Positions 1-12,899 of a stretch of DNA of 64,000 bases are shown piece after piece. The stretch covers positions 17,022,912-17,086,911 of the forward strand of contig NC_092675.1 in assembly GCF_964355755.1 (NCBI RefSeq), given 5' to 3'. The notes under the pieces were generated by a model that was not told the origin of the DNA, did not search any database, and saw only the letters and a program-made list of their open reading frames with translations. The position numbers were made by a program, and so were the translations under genes. Position 1 is the first letter of the stretch. Each line of letters begins with the position of its first letter. Origin of the DNA: Antedon mediterranea. Lineage: Eukaryota; Animalia; Echinodermata.

Positions 1-271
1 ATTCATATTACTTGTTATTAATTTGATAGTTTTCTGTCTGTCATCATCTCCACCATCATCTTGCTCTCTTCTTTTAAAAATCATTAACTTCAGATGAGTA
101 AAGTTTATTTATCCTAGAGGCTTGTCTACTTCACTACCCCTGGAGCAAAACACCAAAATGAAGAATCGGTTTGTTTTCTTCAATGTAATCTTCTTCACCT
201 TTAACCTTTAACCTTTAACCCATATTGTACAGAATTCTTTCTTTCCTAACTAAACTGTTTCTTTGTTACAG

Positions 272-330
272 AAAGCAGAGTATGTCATTATTTTAGAAGA
301 AGATCTAGATGTATCTGAGGATTTTTTTAG
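272..330 (+). CDS. POMGNT1: POMGNT1 exon (EEDLD DxD-type motif)
   Basis: ttacAG|[19 protein letters not shown]|GTaagg. Confidence 0.93.
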
Positions 331-3300
331 GTAAGGGTAAAATTGAATTCGTTTATGTTTAATTTTATTTGTAAAAATGTAATAAATAAAGTAGAATTTA
401 ATTACTTCTGTAGTCACTTTGACAAATTAAAAAAAAGTTGGATTTACTGTAAATGCTAATACTGATTCGGCCTAAACAATTCTTATGTTGCCCAAGTCCA
501 ACTCTAAAGTTTAGAAAATCTGTCAATTTTTTTAACTTAATTACTTAGTACAGTATATTAAACATCAAAAAACGCCTTTAACACTGTACCTAGACTTCTT
601 TTGAACAAACATCCTTGTTTAGTTGAATGTGAATGCATGAGTGATTTTTCTATAGTGCCCTCTGTTTTTTGGTTTTTTTTTATATTTAGGACCAATACTA
701 ATTTTTTTTGTTGCAAGAATTCATATTTACATTTACACAAAATCAGCAAGGAAAAAATATTCAACCAAAACTCTATGCTTGGGCAACATAACAATTTTTG
801 GGCCTTAGTATTTCTTACTGTGATGAGTCAGTCATTAAAGTTGACATTAAATTCATATAAAAAGTTTAAATGTGCTTTATAAAGTCAATGTATTTGTTTG
901 TGACAATGTTGACAGCTGTATCATTCTTGATTTATAGTCTTGAATATTGTGTCTAATATTTTTGTTGTTCTGATTAGTTTTTTTAGTCAAACCAAACATT
1001 TATTAGATGAAGATGATAGTATATATTGTATATCTGCATGGAATGACCAGGTTAGTAAACAACACACAGTAGAACCGCTTAAGGGGATAACTGTGGTTGA
1101 TACCTAGAGTTATAACATATAGTGCTAAGTATCCTCTCTGAGGTGTCCTTAAAGGAGGGGTTCTACTTTAAAAAGATTGATTGAACTGTAATAAAATTTG
1201 AAATAAATGGCTGTGCACGGTATTTTCTTTGTTTAAAAAAATATTGTTATTAACTGTACTAAATATATACCTTGAAGATTGTGACTTGTCCCTTCAACAT
1301 CATAGCTTATAACTCTTCATTTGCATACGGGCGAAACTTAAGTGGTGGTCAGACCATGTTTTAGCTACAAAATGTAACTTTCTTTGACAAGCATAGTGAT
1401 GTTGTGTTTATAAAACACAATGTCCGTTAAAAAGCAAAAGGTCTTGTGAGATGTATTATGTGGATGAGTAAGGATGTGTCCTCAACAAGAGGTGACTGCT
1501 TTCTATAACACATCTACCATAATAAAATTATTATCGAAATTTTTAATGTGTTAATTATGTTTATTATCTCAATTTCTTTGGTTTGCAGGGTTATGAGCAT
1601 ACATGCAATGACCCTAGTCTACTGTATAGAGTAGAGACAATGCCTGGCCTAGGCTGGATGCTAAAACGTAGCCTTTATAAAGAGGAGTTAGAGCCTCATT
1701 GGCCAACCCCAGAAAAGGTAAGATAAAAGTAAAACCATCCAACCAGGCAATTGAGGTTCGTGAATCATGTATTTTATCCATGTTTCACGACCATCTGTGT
1801 CTGTTAGATTACTGTCATCTTTTTGTCTGCCTTCCCAAAATAAAAATAATTTCATTTTATTTATCAACTTACAAATCTTCAAGGAATTACATTCTTTCAA
1901 TAATTCCAATCATATACACATGTATTTCAGGGCCGTAGCCAGGATCTGTCAAGGGGGGGTTCGGACACTAAATATTTGGGTCAAAGTGCCAAAAACCCGG
2001 TTTTTTTTCTCGATATGAGGCCTTTATTATTCAAAATTTTTAAAGAAAAAGCACATATACCATAAAAAATATCCATGTATTTCATTTTTGGAACAGAATA
2101 TTCCGTGAGGCTCAACTACAAAACCACCATTTTGTGATATGATGTCATCGTAAGCCAATCAAAGCTGAGCTTTCTCGCGATTGGCATTGCTCACGGTTGA
2201 ATGATTTAGGATTCTAGCTGATTTGATTGGTGGATGCGAATCATCCGCAGCGGAATGTTTTCTCTCGCGCGTGTACCATGAATCTCTCTGATCGTTACTA
2301 CACAAAGTTAGAGCAATGAATTTGTCCGAATTCCGTTAAGTAAACAACTTTATATATTTTATAAGCATTTAATAACATGTTTTATTGATATTTCCAATGG
2401 TGATATATAAAATAAATTACTAAAAAACGTAATTATATGTAATTATTTTAACAAAAAATGGCGTAGTTAATAGAATATTTATTATAAGTGCCAAAAACCC
2501 GTTTTTTTTTCCCGATATGAGGCCTTTATTATTCAAAATTTTTAAAGAAAAAGCACATATACCATAAAAAATATCCATGTATTTCATTTTTGGAACAGAA
2601 TATTCCGTGAGGCTCAACTACAAAACCACCATTTTGTGATATGATGTCATCGTAAGCCAATCAAAGCTGAGCTTTCTCGCGATTGGCATTGCTCACGGTT
2701 GAATGATTTAGGATTCTAGCTGATTTGATTGGTGGATGCGAATCATCCGCAGCGGAATGTTTTCTCTCGCGCGTGTACCATGAATTTCTCTGATCGTTAC
2801 TACACAAAGTTAGAGCAATGAATTTGTCCGAATTCCGTTAAGTAAACAACTTTATATATTTTATAAGCATTTAATAACATGTTTTATTGATATTTCCAAT
2901 GGTGATATATAAAATAAATTACTAAAAAACGTAATTATATGTAATTATTTTAACAAAAAATGGCGTAGTTAATAGAATTGTCGACTGAGGCCGCAAATTG
3001 TTTTACCGTACTTCTTTCGTACGTGGCTAAAAACGATTTTTCTAATTCTTTCTTTATTGTAATATGAATACAACATACTAACAGATAATGTTGGTTTGGT
3101 TTTAATTTTGCATCGTTATCCCATATAAGACAATATGACTATGTAATCCTAGAACATATATTGATCAGAGAAAAAGTATGTACAGATAATGACACCAATT
3201 TTGTCGGCAAATTGGCAATTCCCGCCAACCCCCCCCCCCCCCCCCCCCCCCAACTTCAAAATCCTGGATACGCCACTGATATTGATACATTTTAGTAGGC

Positions 3301-6294
3301 CTACGTATCGGCTGGTGGTCTAGAAAAAAATAATCGGATGCCATAATGTGAACTACAGTACTTGATACCATAGATATTATAGTGTAAAATATTAATATTC
3401 ACTATAATCCTATACATTATACTTCATAGTCACACATAAATACTGATGTACGTCGGAAGGCTATATACTTTATGCATGCTGCCTGACTGCCAGTGATCTA
3501 AACAATAGGTACGCAGTTGTCTGGCCGTGTCCTTTGTACGAATCGTTCGTGCGCTATGAGACGCGTCAATATCATGTTACATGCAGGGACCAAACATTTA
3601 TTTTTCAGGTTAAAATCGGCAATTCATTTGCAGCTTTTAGAAATTTACAGACACGTATTATCGTAGTTGACGCTCATACAGAGAAGAAGGTTCACGAACA
3701 AGTTTACGAATTTTTCAATTTACAAACAACTTTTTGTACTGTGGGGCACGTATTTGGAGGATTTTTGGAGATGAGGGTGAGGTATTGGGCATGTCGGGGA
3801 TGGGGGTTCGCAGTTGGTTAAGGGGGGTTCGCTGTAAAGGGGGGGTTCGCCCGAACCATAAAAACCCCCCCTGGCTACGGGCCTGTATTTTCTACAATGC
3901 TATAAAATAGGGTTTTAATAATTACCTCAAATTGAGATATTACTAATATTATGGCCCATCAGGCAGATGATTTATTTAATTTTTTTTGGAAAGATTGACA
4001 TCAATACAGACAGTTTTAATAAAACTTGCTTTTATATGTATTTTTAGCTTTGGGACTGGGATATGTGGATGAGGCTTCCAGATATTCGTAAAGGTCGTGA
4101 GTGTGTCATTCCAGACATTTCACGAACATATCACTTTGGTGCTACCGGTGTTAATATGAATAGTTATTTTCAAGTAAGTTATAATAATATAGTATATTTC
4201 ACTTATGCAAAACATATTTAAAATACTATATTTTGATATTTTAATGTGTACATTGTTTTATTATTAGCATTTTTTAGCTTGGACTACCAGGCCTAGGGCT
4301 CCAGTAATTTAGTTTACATTGGCGTCCTTCGCCAACTTTAAAATTCAAATTATTTTGTATTTCACTGTATTGTTCTGGCTAATTAAATGAGTTAATTAGA
4401 TTGTTGTGTCTATTTCATGCCATTCTTACCTGGATAAACCATCTCTTGCTCTTCAAAGAGAGAAATTATCTTAAAGAAATCATCATCATGTTTTATTACT
4501 ACTGTAATCTACTTGCCAACCAGACAATGAAAAAATAAATAAAAATAAAATCTTATGAATATTTATTGATCGATGGGTGAAAAAAGTTATCTGCTCACCA
4601 TAAATTGAGTGAAGAATCTATAAGTGTTTTTTAATTAAAAATTCTTTTATCTTTCAGGATTTATATTTTAAAAAACATCCAATAAATGCAGTTCCACACG
4701 TAAAATTAAAAAATGTTGATCTCCTAAAGAAAGATGAATATGAAGAGAATTTAAATAAACTAATAAAAAAAGCTGTCCCATTGGACCACAAAGTATTACC
4801 GTGTGATGACAAGTTTATTCCATCTACTCCTGGTGGAACTTACGTACTCTATATCCAGATGGAGACTGAGGGCGACTATGAAACATGGACTGAGCTAGCC
4901 AAGGTATGTCAAATGCAAATTTAGGACAGAAGTTTAAACTGCCGAGTGTGTGTTACTGATAAAAAAGTAGTAATCTATAAATAAGACCTAAGAGATATGT
5001 GTTAAAGATGTATTGCCACCTCACCCACCCCCATCCCCCACCCCCATGAAAACATGAAAAATGAATTAAATCACACTTTGAATAGGTTATTTTGTAGTTT
5101 TAATAAGTTAATCACTTCCGTAGAAAAAAAATGTGTTTTCACTTATAAAATTCCAAAATAAATACCGTAAATCTTCTAATAGTAACCCACACTCTAATCA
5201 TAACTCCGCTTCTAATAGCAACCCACCTTATAAGTCTATATAAATCTATAATAATAACCCACTACTCTAATAGTAACCCATGGGGGTAGGTTACTTTTTT
5301 TCAGGTAAAAATTGGGTAAATTAAAATGGCATTTTAAACAAAAACAAGAATACAACAATAAGAATTATTTTTTTCAGGGGAACAATATATATTTAATGTA
5401 AATAATAACCAGTTTCTTTTTATATCTGTCAATTTTTATGTAGTAGTAGTCTAAAACGTAAATGTATGCATTATTGGGATGTTCTTTCTATATCCTAAAC
5501 AAAATTGCAACTTTGGTTTAGGTTCACAGATTGATGTGTGTTGAAAATAAAGACAAACTGTTTTTGGGGTTTTTTTTCCAAAAGTATTTGAAGATCATTT
5601 TAGCAACATTGTGTATTAAATATTTTATTTTGTTATTTTTCAATAGTGTTTCCACATCTGGGACTTGGATGTAAGGGGCTTCCATAAATCTATGTGGCGG
5701 ATGTTTATGAAAAAGAATCATGTTTTTATTGTCGGTACACCAGCATCACCTTATGCGTAAGTAATTTGGCACATCACACATTTTTTTCAAACTAGTTTGA
5801 TGGTGTAGATAGAGCTAAGCTTTATACTCAGTTTCGCCTTTTGCATCCGATTTGAATAAAGTTTAAAACCTTATGCATAAGTTTAAAAAATCATACACAA
5901 TAACTTTCTTCTCAAGTTTAACTGGAAACTGAAATTCACTGCAGTCCAGCGACTACCAAAATTATTATTTCACTCAACTTTTCCAATCTCTTCCCTAATA
6001 TGTTTGGTTTTCTAAAAATTCTGATTTTCTAAATGTGAATTTTTTACTTTTTAGACCTCAAGAAATTCTGGTATTTCCAGAGTTGACTATCATATTTAGT
6101 TTCCAAAAGATATGGTGTCTGCTAATATGTTGATTTATTACTATTTTTGAGACAATATAGAATGACTAAATTTGTGAATTGTGAATAACTTAATAATATA
6201 AAAATCTAAATGATTTTTTAAAATTAGAAAACACAAACCAGCTGACGTTCCAGTTATATACCTCAAGAATGAAAAGGAGAAAAAGACCAGTTAG
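272..6294 (+). CDS. POMGNT1: Protein O-linked-mannose beta-1,2-N-acetylglucosaminyltransferase 1, 3' part (5' exons lie upstream of the window); join(272..330,978..1050,1589..1717,4048..4173,4658..4903,5647..5756,6228..6294)
   Basis: Spliced translation [24 protein letters not shown]...[13 protein letters not shown]...[13 protein letters not shown]...[15 protein letters not shown]...[16 protein letters not shown]...[11 protein letters not shown]...GTPASPYA...stop. Matches the GT13 catalytic C-terminus of POMGNT1 as recalled; all introns GT-AG with consistent phases. Confidence 0.95.
469..804. mobile_element. Harbinger-like MITE
   Basis: ~27-bp imperfect TIRs GGCCTAAACAATTCTTATGTTGCCCAAG / CTTGGGCAACATAACAATTTTTGGGCC, followed by TTA. 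Confidence 0.55.
978..1050 (+). CDS. POMGNT1: POMGNT1 exon
   Basis: [24 protein letters not shown]|GTtagt. Confidence 0.92.
1589..1717 (+). CDS. POMGNT1: POMGNT1 exon
   Basis: [43 protein letters not shown]|GTaaga. Confidence 0.94.
1928..3885. mobile_element. hAT-like non-autonomous composite element in a POMGNT1 intron
   Basis: TIRs CAGGGCCGTAGCCAGG / CCTGGCTACGGGCCTG (15/16); flanks share only TATTT; contains a 502-bp-period duplication and an internal second end (CCTGGATACGCCACTG, ~3263-3278). Confidence 0.7.
1984..2978 (+). repeat. Near-identical tandem duplication (1984-2476 / 2486-2978)
   Basis: Direct comparison shows the two ~493-bp copies differ at only a few positions. Confidence 0.95.
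4048..4173 (+). CDS. POMGNT1: POMGNT1 exon
   Basis: [42 protein letters not shown]|GTaagt. Confidence 0.94.
4658..4903 (+). CDS. POMGNT1: POMGNT1 exon
   Basis: [21 protein letters not shown]...[11 protein letters not shown]|GTatgt. Confidence 0.93.
5002..5150 (+). mobile_element. Fragment of a TTAA-flanked (Kolobok-like) MITE family; related reverse copies near 43330-43462, 50580-50611, 56210-56238
   Basis: TTAAAGATGTATTG...AAAACATGAAAAATGAATTAAATC...TTAATCACTTCCGTAGAAAAAAAATG is the reverse complement of 43330-43462. Confidence 0.5.
5647..5756 (+). CDS. POMGNT1: POMGNT1 exon
   Basis: [36 protein letters not shown]|GTaagt. Confidence 0.94.
6228..6294 (+). CDS. POMGNT1: POMGNT1 last coding exon
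   Basis: attAG|(A)[24 protein letters not shown]; phase 2 matches the previous exon. Confidence 0.85.
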
Positions 6295-6409
6295 CACATT
6301 TTCATTCCTTGATATAGCAAGTATTCTGAAATGCTGCATCCATGTTTGTCATACCATCCTTGTGCCAGAGCCATCAGAAAGTAATTGCTGCAAAGCCAAG
6401 GCCAAACTT

Positions 6410-6910
6410 AGGTAGACTGCCTAATGCATGAAGGACAAGAAAAAGCTTACTGCTTACAGCAAGAAGGCACAATGTGTACAGGAGGAAGAAAGGCTTGGCA
6501 CACTGCCTACAGCTAGAAGGCACTACAGTAAAAGGCACTACAGCTAGAAGGCTCTACAGCTGGAGAGTACAACAGGTAGAAAGGCACTACACCTACAACA
6601 AATGCCAAAGTGCCTACAGCTAAAAGGCACTACAACTAGAAGGCACTACAACTACAGCAATACACACAATGCCTACAGAAAGAAGGTACTATGCCTTCCG
6701 TAAGAAGCACAATGCCTACAGAAAGAAGGTACTATGCCTTCCGTAAGAAGCACAATGCCTACAGCAAGTCGGCTCACTGCCTCCAGCAGCAAGACTTGGC
6801 AGACTGCCTAACAACCTACAGCAAGAAACCACTATATATTAAGTAAGTTGCACAACGCGTACATCAATCACAGAAAGAAGGCCCATTGCCTTCAGCAACA
6901 AAGCTACAAC
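6410..6910 (+). repeat. Degenerate minisatellite (CTACAGCTAGAAGGCA-type units) just after the POMGNT1 stop
   Basis: Many ctacag(c/a)..gaaggca units; exact 43-bp doublet around 6666-6763. Confidence 0.7.
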
Positions 6911-9010
6911 TGGCTACTAAAACTTCAACTGCTGTTAAGCAGTCTTTATCAATCTAGACCACTACAGTCACAGTTATAATCTCAATAACCGCTGTGTCTT
7001 TCATTATTCTTTCAGTTTCTGTGTAGTCATGAACCATTGATTAATTTATCAAAACCTTTATGTTAAAACCTCCAAAACATATACCCTCCAATCTAGTACA
7101 ATATAAAGAGGAATTGTGCACAATCTGTGGCCAAAGCAATATCATTTGGTGCTTTACAATATGTTTGCTAATGTTTATGTCATGTTTTTTGTTTAAAGAT
7201 ACAACAAGTTTACAAAACACATAATTAATTCCACCATATTTTACTTTGCAAATTTATGAGTGAAAATATTATTTGTATATTATATATTACTGCAACTCAA
7301 TTAGGCTATAGATTTTATAATTTTCAAATAGTGTATTAATAGTATTATTATTTTTTATTACTATTTTTTTAATTAGTTTTGTGGAATATATTCTTGTTCT
7401 ATTCAAGTTAAAAAATTCAAATTATAATTTTTAATTTAATATTTTACTCAGAGGTTCTTCACAAGGAAGGCACAGCATTAGCCTTGACGAAGCTCTATAA
7501 CAAATTACAAAATGAATAAAAAGAAGGTGAAAATATAGAAATAAATTTATTCCGGATTTTACATGAACAATACTAACAATAAAACAAACATACAATAAAC
7601 ATGCTAAGACCTGGGTGTCTACAACAGAAGAAGAAAATATAAAAACAAATCTAAATACTCAATTCATTTTGGTGACAATATTGTAGTTGAATGCATTCAT
7701 TGAAGAAAAATGTCACTATTATCAGGGGTACATCTACTCCAGAACGTTAAGAACTCCCCTCTTGATTTTGTTATACCTAAAAATGATGTGTTACTGTCAA
7801 TTTATTATTTTGTTATTGCAAAAAAAAAAAGGTTGTTGCAATTGTTGCAATTGTTGCAAGTGTTTTTGAATTTTAAATTATAATTGTTTGAAATCACCTT
7901 GATCTGAATATTTCTAGAATTACTTAAATTGAGTCTTTCAGATGTTAGATATAATATGTATTTGAAAGTTTAAACTGTTTTGAGTACAAAATAATAATTG
8001 TGATGTAATTGCAATTATGTAGTTGTTTACAATATTATTGTTTAAAATTTTGGAAAATGTATGTTTACAAAAAGCCTTAAAATATTATCGTATATCACTG
8101 AATACAGTGTCAGAGCGGGCTTTATTATGAAAATTAGGGGTGGGGTTTGGGGGGTGAAGGTTATACACTGATCTGCCTGCCTTATTTATGTAGAAGGATC
8201 AATAATTTGACTGTAAGTAATTTGACCAATCACGACTCGCTGGATCATTTGAACTGTTGCTTGTGATTGGTCAACTCACTTGCGTTTTGTGCCTGTTTCG
8301 TCCAAGTGGGAACAAAGCTTGTGTCTCTACATACAAATAAACAAGTAACGTAAAGAAGTATACTCTGTCATATACAGTATATTTTTACTCATAAAACACT
8401 GAAACAGTAATTTTCAAAATGTTACTTATTTGGGAAAATTATAAAAACTACAAAAATATAAAAGGTAAAAAACTGTTTTATGTCGAAATGATGCAGTAAG
8501 CATCATACTTGTTTTATGTTTAGTTTTGTTTATGTATAAAATAGTTTTATTGTGTATAAAAAAAAAAGAAAAAGCTTTAATGTACATAGAAATTTCACCA
8601 GCCTTTGATTGAAACAATGATCCTAAATAAATACAATTATTAGTAAAATTTGATAAATATCTTTTGTTAATTACATCATGTTAATTAGTTTGTGGTTCTA
8701 TACAATCCATTAAAACTTTCAGTTAAGTTGCCAATAGATCTTAGTGGAATTACTAATTCATTACAATACAAATAGTTTCCACTCTACTTTTAAAAGAAAA
8801 TGGTTTTTGTAACATGTGTTGGTATTGGTATAAACACAGCAACTCAAAGAAAAAATCACTGATTTAGCCATAATGAGGATAGAATATTGCAATTTAAAAG
8901 TTGTTAGTCTCTGTAGAATAATTTATTGAAATTACAATCACCGTCCACGGTATTAAAACTATGTAAAATCTCAATCAATCAATATATCTGTATTTTTATT
9001 GAGTTTCTAT

Positions 9011-9248
9011 GGCCATGTTTCCACAATTTTTTAACCAATCAGGTAATAAAAAGATGATTGCACATTACTGAACAACCAAGTGTCCAATCACAGCACAACA
9101 ATTTGTCATCCAGGTCAAAGGTTAAAAACTATTGAATTTATCCGATAATAATTTTTATTTTATCGGTTAATTTTTCTTGAGTGGAATCGGTTAAACCTCG
9201 TTTCCACAGGAACTGTAACAGTTAATTCTTGGCAGTGGAAACACGGCC
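9011..9248. mobile_element. Small MITE
   Basis: TIRs GGCCATGTTTCCAC / GTGGAAACACGGCC. Confidence 0.45.
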
Positions 9249-10182
9249 TGACTGAATACACATTATAAACCACCTGAATTATGTTTAGTGTAGCATAGTT
9301 TTTTTAGCATTTAATTAGAAGTCTAGCAATGCAAAAACAAATGCAAAATTCTGATTTATTTTTACATATTGAAATTAATTTTTTTAATATAATTTTTTTA
9401 GTATAAAGACAATAACTTTGTATCATAAAGTGGGTTTATCAATGTAACAAAAGAAGTGATTGTTTGCTTTCGAAATCTATTAATTATAAATGAATTATAA
9501 ACTGTAATTTGTATTCAATGATGGAATTTACAAAAGTTGTTCCTTTTGTTAAAGAATTAGTTATTTGCTTTGTCTGTTTCAATTGAGAAATTTGAAATAT
9601 TAGTAACATCTCAATAAATTGTTAATTATTAGGTAAAAAACAAATGTTGATATTGTAATTAAAATGTGCATTTAAAGAAAAATTATTTTTGTAAAAATTG
9701 CTTGAAAATAGAAATATTACGGGTGTGAAGAAAGATATGCATGTTCCAGCAAATTGTATAAATATGGTACAGAGTTTAATATTAGTTTATTGATTTTAAA
9801 ATGGGTCTTTTTTTTTCAAATATATTCTAGTCAACTCATTACAATTTCACAAAATGTTATATGGGACTTTACAAATTTAATGCTTTTAACATGTATAATT
9901 AAGTAATTTGTATAAATTACTTTTGCTTTGCCAGATAACTAGCCATAGTTCGATGTGAACGCCACTATTGAGATTTTGTTATCTGTTTTAGACTAAAAAA
10001 TATAAGCTGATAAGTTTCATTGTTCTTGCTTTTAATTTGTATTATGATATTTTTTACACTTTTGGGGTTATTATTTTTCATACAATCATCCATTTCATTG
10101 GCCATCATTTCAGTATTGTAAACATTCTCATAATGCAGTTATGGATCTGCAATTATTATTATCATGACATTTTACTCCTTTA

Positions 10183-10417
10183 AGCTCTGTCTACACTATC
10201 AAACTAGTCTGACAAAATAAGTCTGATATGCCCAAAATATGGTAGTGATATGACATCATATTTGGGCATATCACACTTTTTTGTCTGTGTGATAGTGTAG
10301 ACAGAGCACACACCAAAACATGTGACCATATACAGACACGATGATGTCATATCACTACCATATTTGGGCACATCACACTTTGTCAAACTAGTTTGATAGT
10401 GTAGTGTAGACAGAGCT
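10183..10417. mobile_element. Palindromic Harbinger/Tourist-like MITE (compound copy); other copies 36387-36555, 51687-51816, partial 5765-5817 and ~40635-40685
   Basis: TIR AGCTCTGTCTACACTATCAAACT...GATAGTGTAGACAGAGCT; shared core GTGATGTGCCCAAATATGGTAGTGATATGA; TA-rich flanks. Confidence 0.8.
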
Positions 10418-11164
10418 AAATATAATGCTGATGTTAGTAGCATAGGTTAATGGCATTACAAAATTTACAGTATGTGTTTTTTTTTAAAGATGCAAAGCAC
10501 TTTATTACAATGTCCATGTGACAATCATCTTCCACATCTTCCATGTGACCATTATTAGAATAAAAATAGTATTATAGAATCATTTTGATTTTTATCATAG
10601 CAGAACACAGAACTTTCAGAGAATAAGAAAAGATGAAAAAATGATGGAAAATGATTTTTATAACATGCTCATGATATTAATATCCATTTATATGCATATG
10701 AAATATTTGTTTTGTTATGATAACAATGCCAGTGAACAGGACTTTATGTTTAAAGAAAATAGTTAATTTTGAATTGTGATAATAACTTGGCATGGAAAGA
10801 GTTGAGCATGAGCAATAAAACGATTAAAATATTGAGAGAAAAAAGTATGTATTTTGAGTTTTATATAAAGATACTACTTTAATTGTTGTAATAATCTATA
10901 TAATGATATAATTACAGTAATTAAAAAAAAACAAGTTACAATTACCAATTATCACACATCAATTATTATCATTCAGTTACACAAACCAACATTGGTGTTG
11001 GTAGTCTATGGGCGCCGCTTACCTGTATAAACCAAAACTAGCCTTTCTCCTCAAAGAGCAAGATATAACTCGAAAAAAGGTTTCACAAACGGTATAGTCC
11101 ATGAACTATGCCCTCAAATGGGAGCCAGCCAACAAACCACCATCATCATTTCGCAAGACCTCTT

Positions 11165-11710
11165 GTCTGAGGGGAAAGTCTAGTCGTCGGTGGGAGAAAA
11201 GTTACAAAGAGCTTTGTGTATCCATTACTTTCAACTCTGCTGTGGCTACTGCTGCAAGGTTTGTGGAGATATTCGATAGGTGGGTGATGTGAATGCTTCT
11301 CTAAACATCCCGCAAAGCAAACTAGGAATTGCAGGAGATGTAGATATGCTCAAGCCGTCTTTAAAGGTCGGAATTACAGCACCTAAGGCAGACCGATAGC
11401 CGGAGACGGTGCGGACCTGACCCAAACAGGTAATGCAGGAATGGTAATACCGGAACCTGGAAACGTAGAGGCTGATCGTAAAGCTGGCTGTTGAGCAGAG
11501 GAACCCACATGGCCAAAATGGCTCTATCAGAAGTACTCGGCATTAAATGTGCGTCAGGACCAATGGCAGTATCGATATTGGTGGAATTGCATAAGCCCAA
11601 GGACCGTCAGGAGCGGTCGCAGGACTATTTAAAGGGGGTTGCCGAAAGAGTCCAGGGCTGTAGACACTGAGTATTTGAGCCGCGGCATAGGCTGGCCGTC
11701 CGCCAGAAAT
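11165..11710 (-). pseudogene. DIRS methyltransferase-like and tyrosine recombinase remnants
   Basis: WAYAIPP motif (~11580-11600); RTVSGYRSAL...GMFRE (~11295-11420); catalytic C-terminus mostly deleted. Confidence 0.75.
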
Positions 11711-11711
11711 A

Positions 11712-12254
11712 CTCTCGCGCGTAAAATTCATGATAAATGGAGCTTTCGCCTGAAATGTCACTCCATAGTGCGCTAGCAAACTGATATACGATCGTAGCCT
11801 ATTTTTCAAATTCGATCGTAGCCTAATAAAACACACGCGACTAACAATAGTAAATGTTAAAAGTAGTACCGGAAGCACCTTCATCGGGGACTTTCCCCTG
11901 ACGTTCTCATTGAACGCAAAAAATGTTATCCCTAGTTGCGTGTGTTTACCAGCGGAAAATGTAGAATACGATCATTTTGCCGGTTAACACGCTATGGGAG
12001 TGTCATTTCCGGCCAACAAGTGTCATTTATCATGAATTTTACATGGGAGAGTACTATTTCCGGCCAACCATCTAGGGGTGTCATTTAACAAAATTCGCGC
12101 TTCGCCACAGGCCAAACCATGTGTTAATACATTAATAGCGTGAGAGTGCCATTTCCGACCATCTAGACATCTAGGTGTCATATTTTCAAAAATCGTTTCA
12201 ACGATTTTGGACTCTCTACAGAGTTGCGCCGCCCCTTCCCTAGATCCGCCCTTG
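11712..12254 (+). mobile_element. Truncated hAT-like DNA element nested in the DIRS
   Basis: AT-richer insert interrupting DIRS coding remnants and ending in GCCCCTTCCCTAGATCCGCCCTTG, a typical hAT-MITE right end. Confidence 0.5.
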
Positions 12255-12259
12255 GTTGT

Positions 12260-12800
12260 AGCACTGCTTAGCTTGCCTTGACCATCGGGCACACTCGGCC
12301 CGCCTTCAAATTTATTTCCGTTACAAGGCGATAAAATACTAGGCTGTTTAACAGCTGGTCTCTGGACTGGACCACGATCAACCAATTATACCAATCAACC
12401 AATAAGTACTTAACGATTTGAATGCCGTGTGGGTGGCCTGGAAGAACGCTGCCAGCGTTCGTCGTACCGGGCGTGTTACACGCGCGGCCGTTGAAAGGCC
12501 GCCGAACGGCAGAGTCAAATAGAGGTAATTGTGACTTTCGTCGGAAGCGCAACCAGTGCTGATCCTAATCCACAATAGGCAAGCGTCTTTCAGTCTATTG
12601 TGGCAGCCCAGCCGCGCGCCTTGACTTAGCCCCAGCACAGCAGGATGAATAATGCTGTCTCCATACTGAACCTGCGGAGCCGAATGAACCGTTTGTTCAG
12701 ACTTGTCGAAATGGGTCGTCAATCGCGCTATTTCTTTTCAGCGAGAAAACGGTGGACTTGTGTCCCGGGATCGCATATTGAATGTTAACTTGAACCGCAG
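12260..12800 (-). pseudogene. DIRS-type reverse transcriptase remnant (frameshifted)
   Basis: Mosaic of ORFs 12378-12722 and 12268-12552 plus a third frame reading PGHKSTVF...LNKRFIRLRRFSMET...GWAATID. Confidence 0.8.
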
Positions 12801-12899
12801 CTCCTATGGTGAGCGCCTCTCTCCCCGGCGCCACTATTTCTCATTCCACGACAGGGATTGTGAGAAGCTTGTCTAGAAGTAGAAGCCTGGTCTCTTTGC

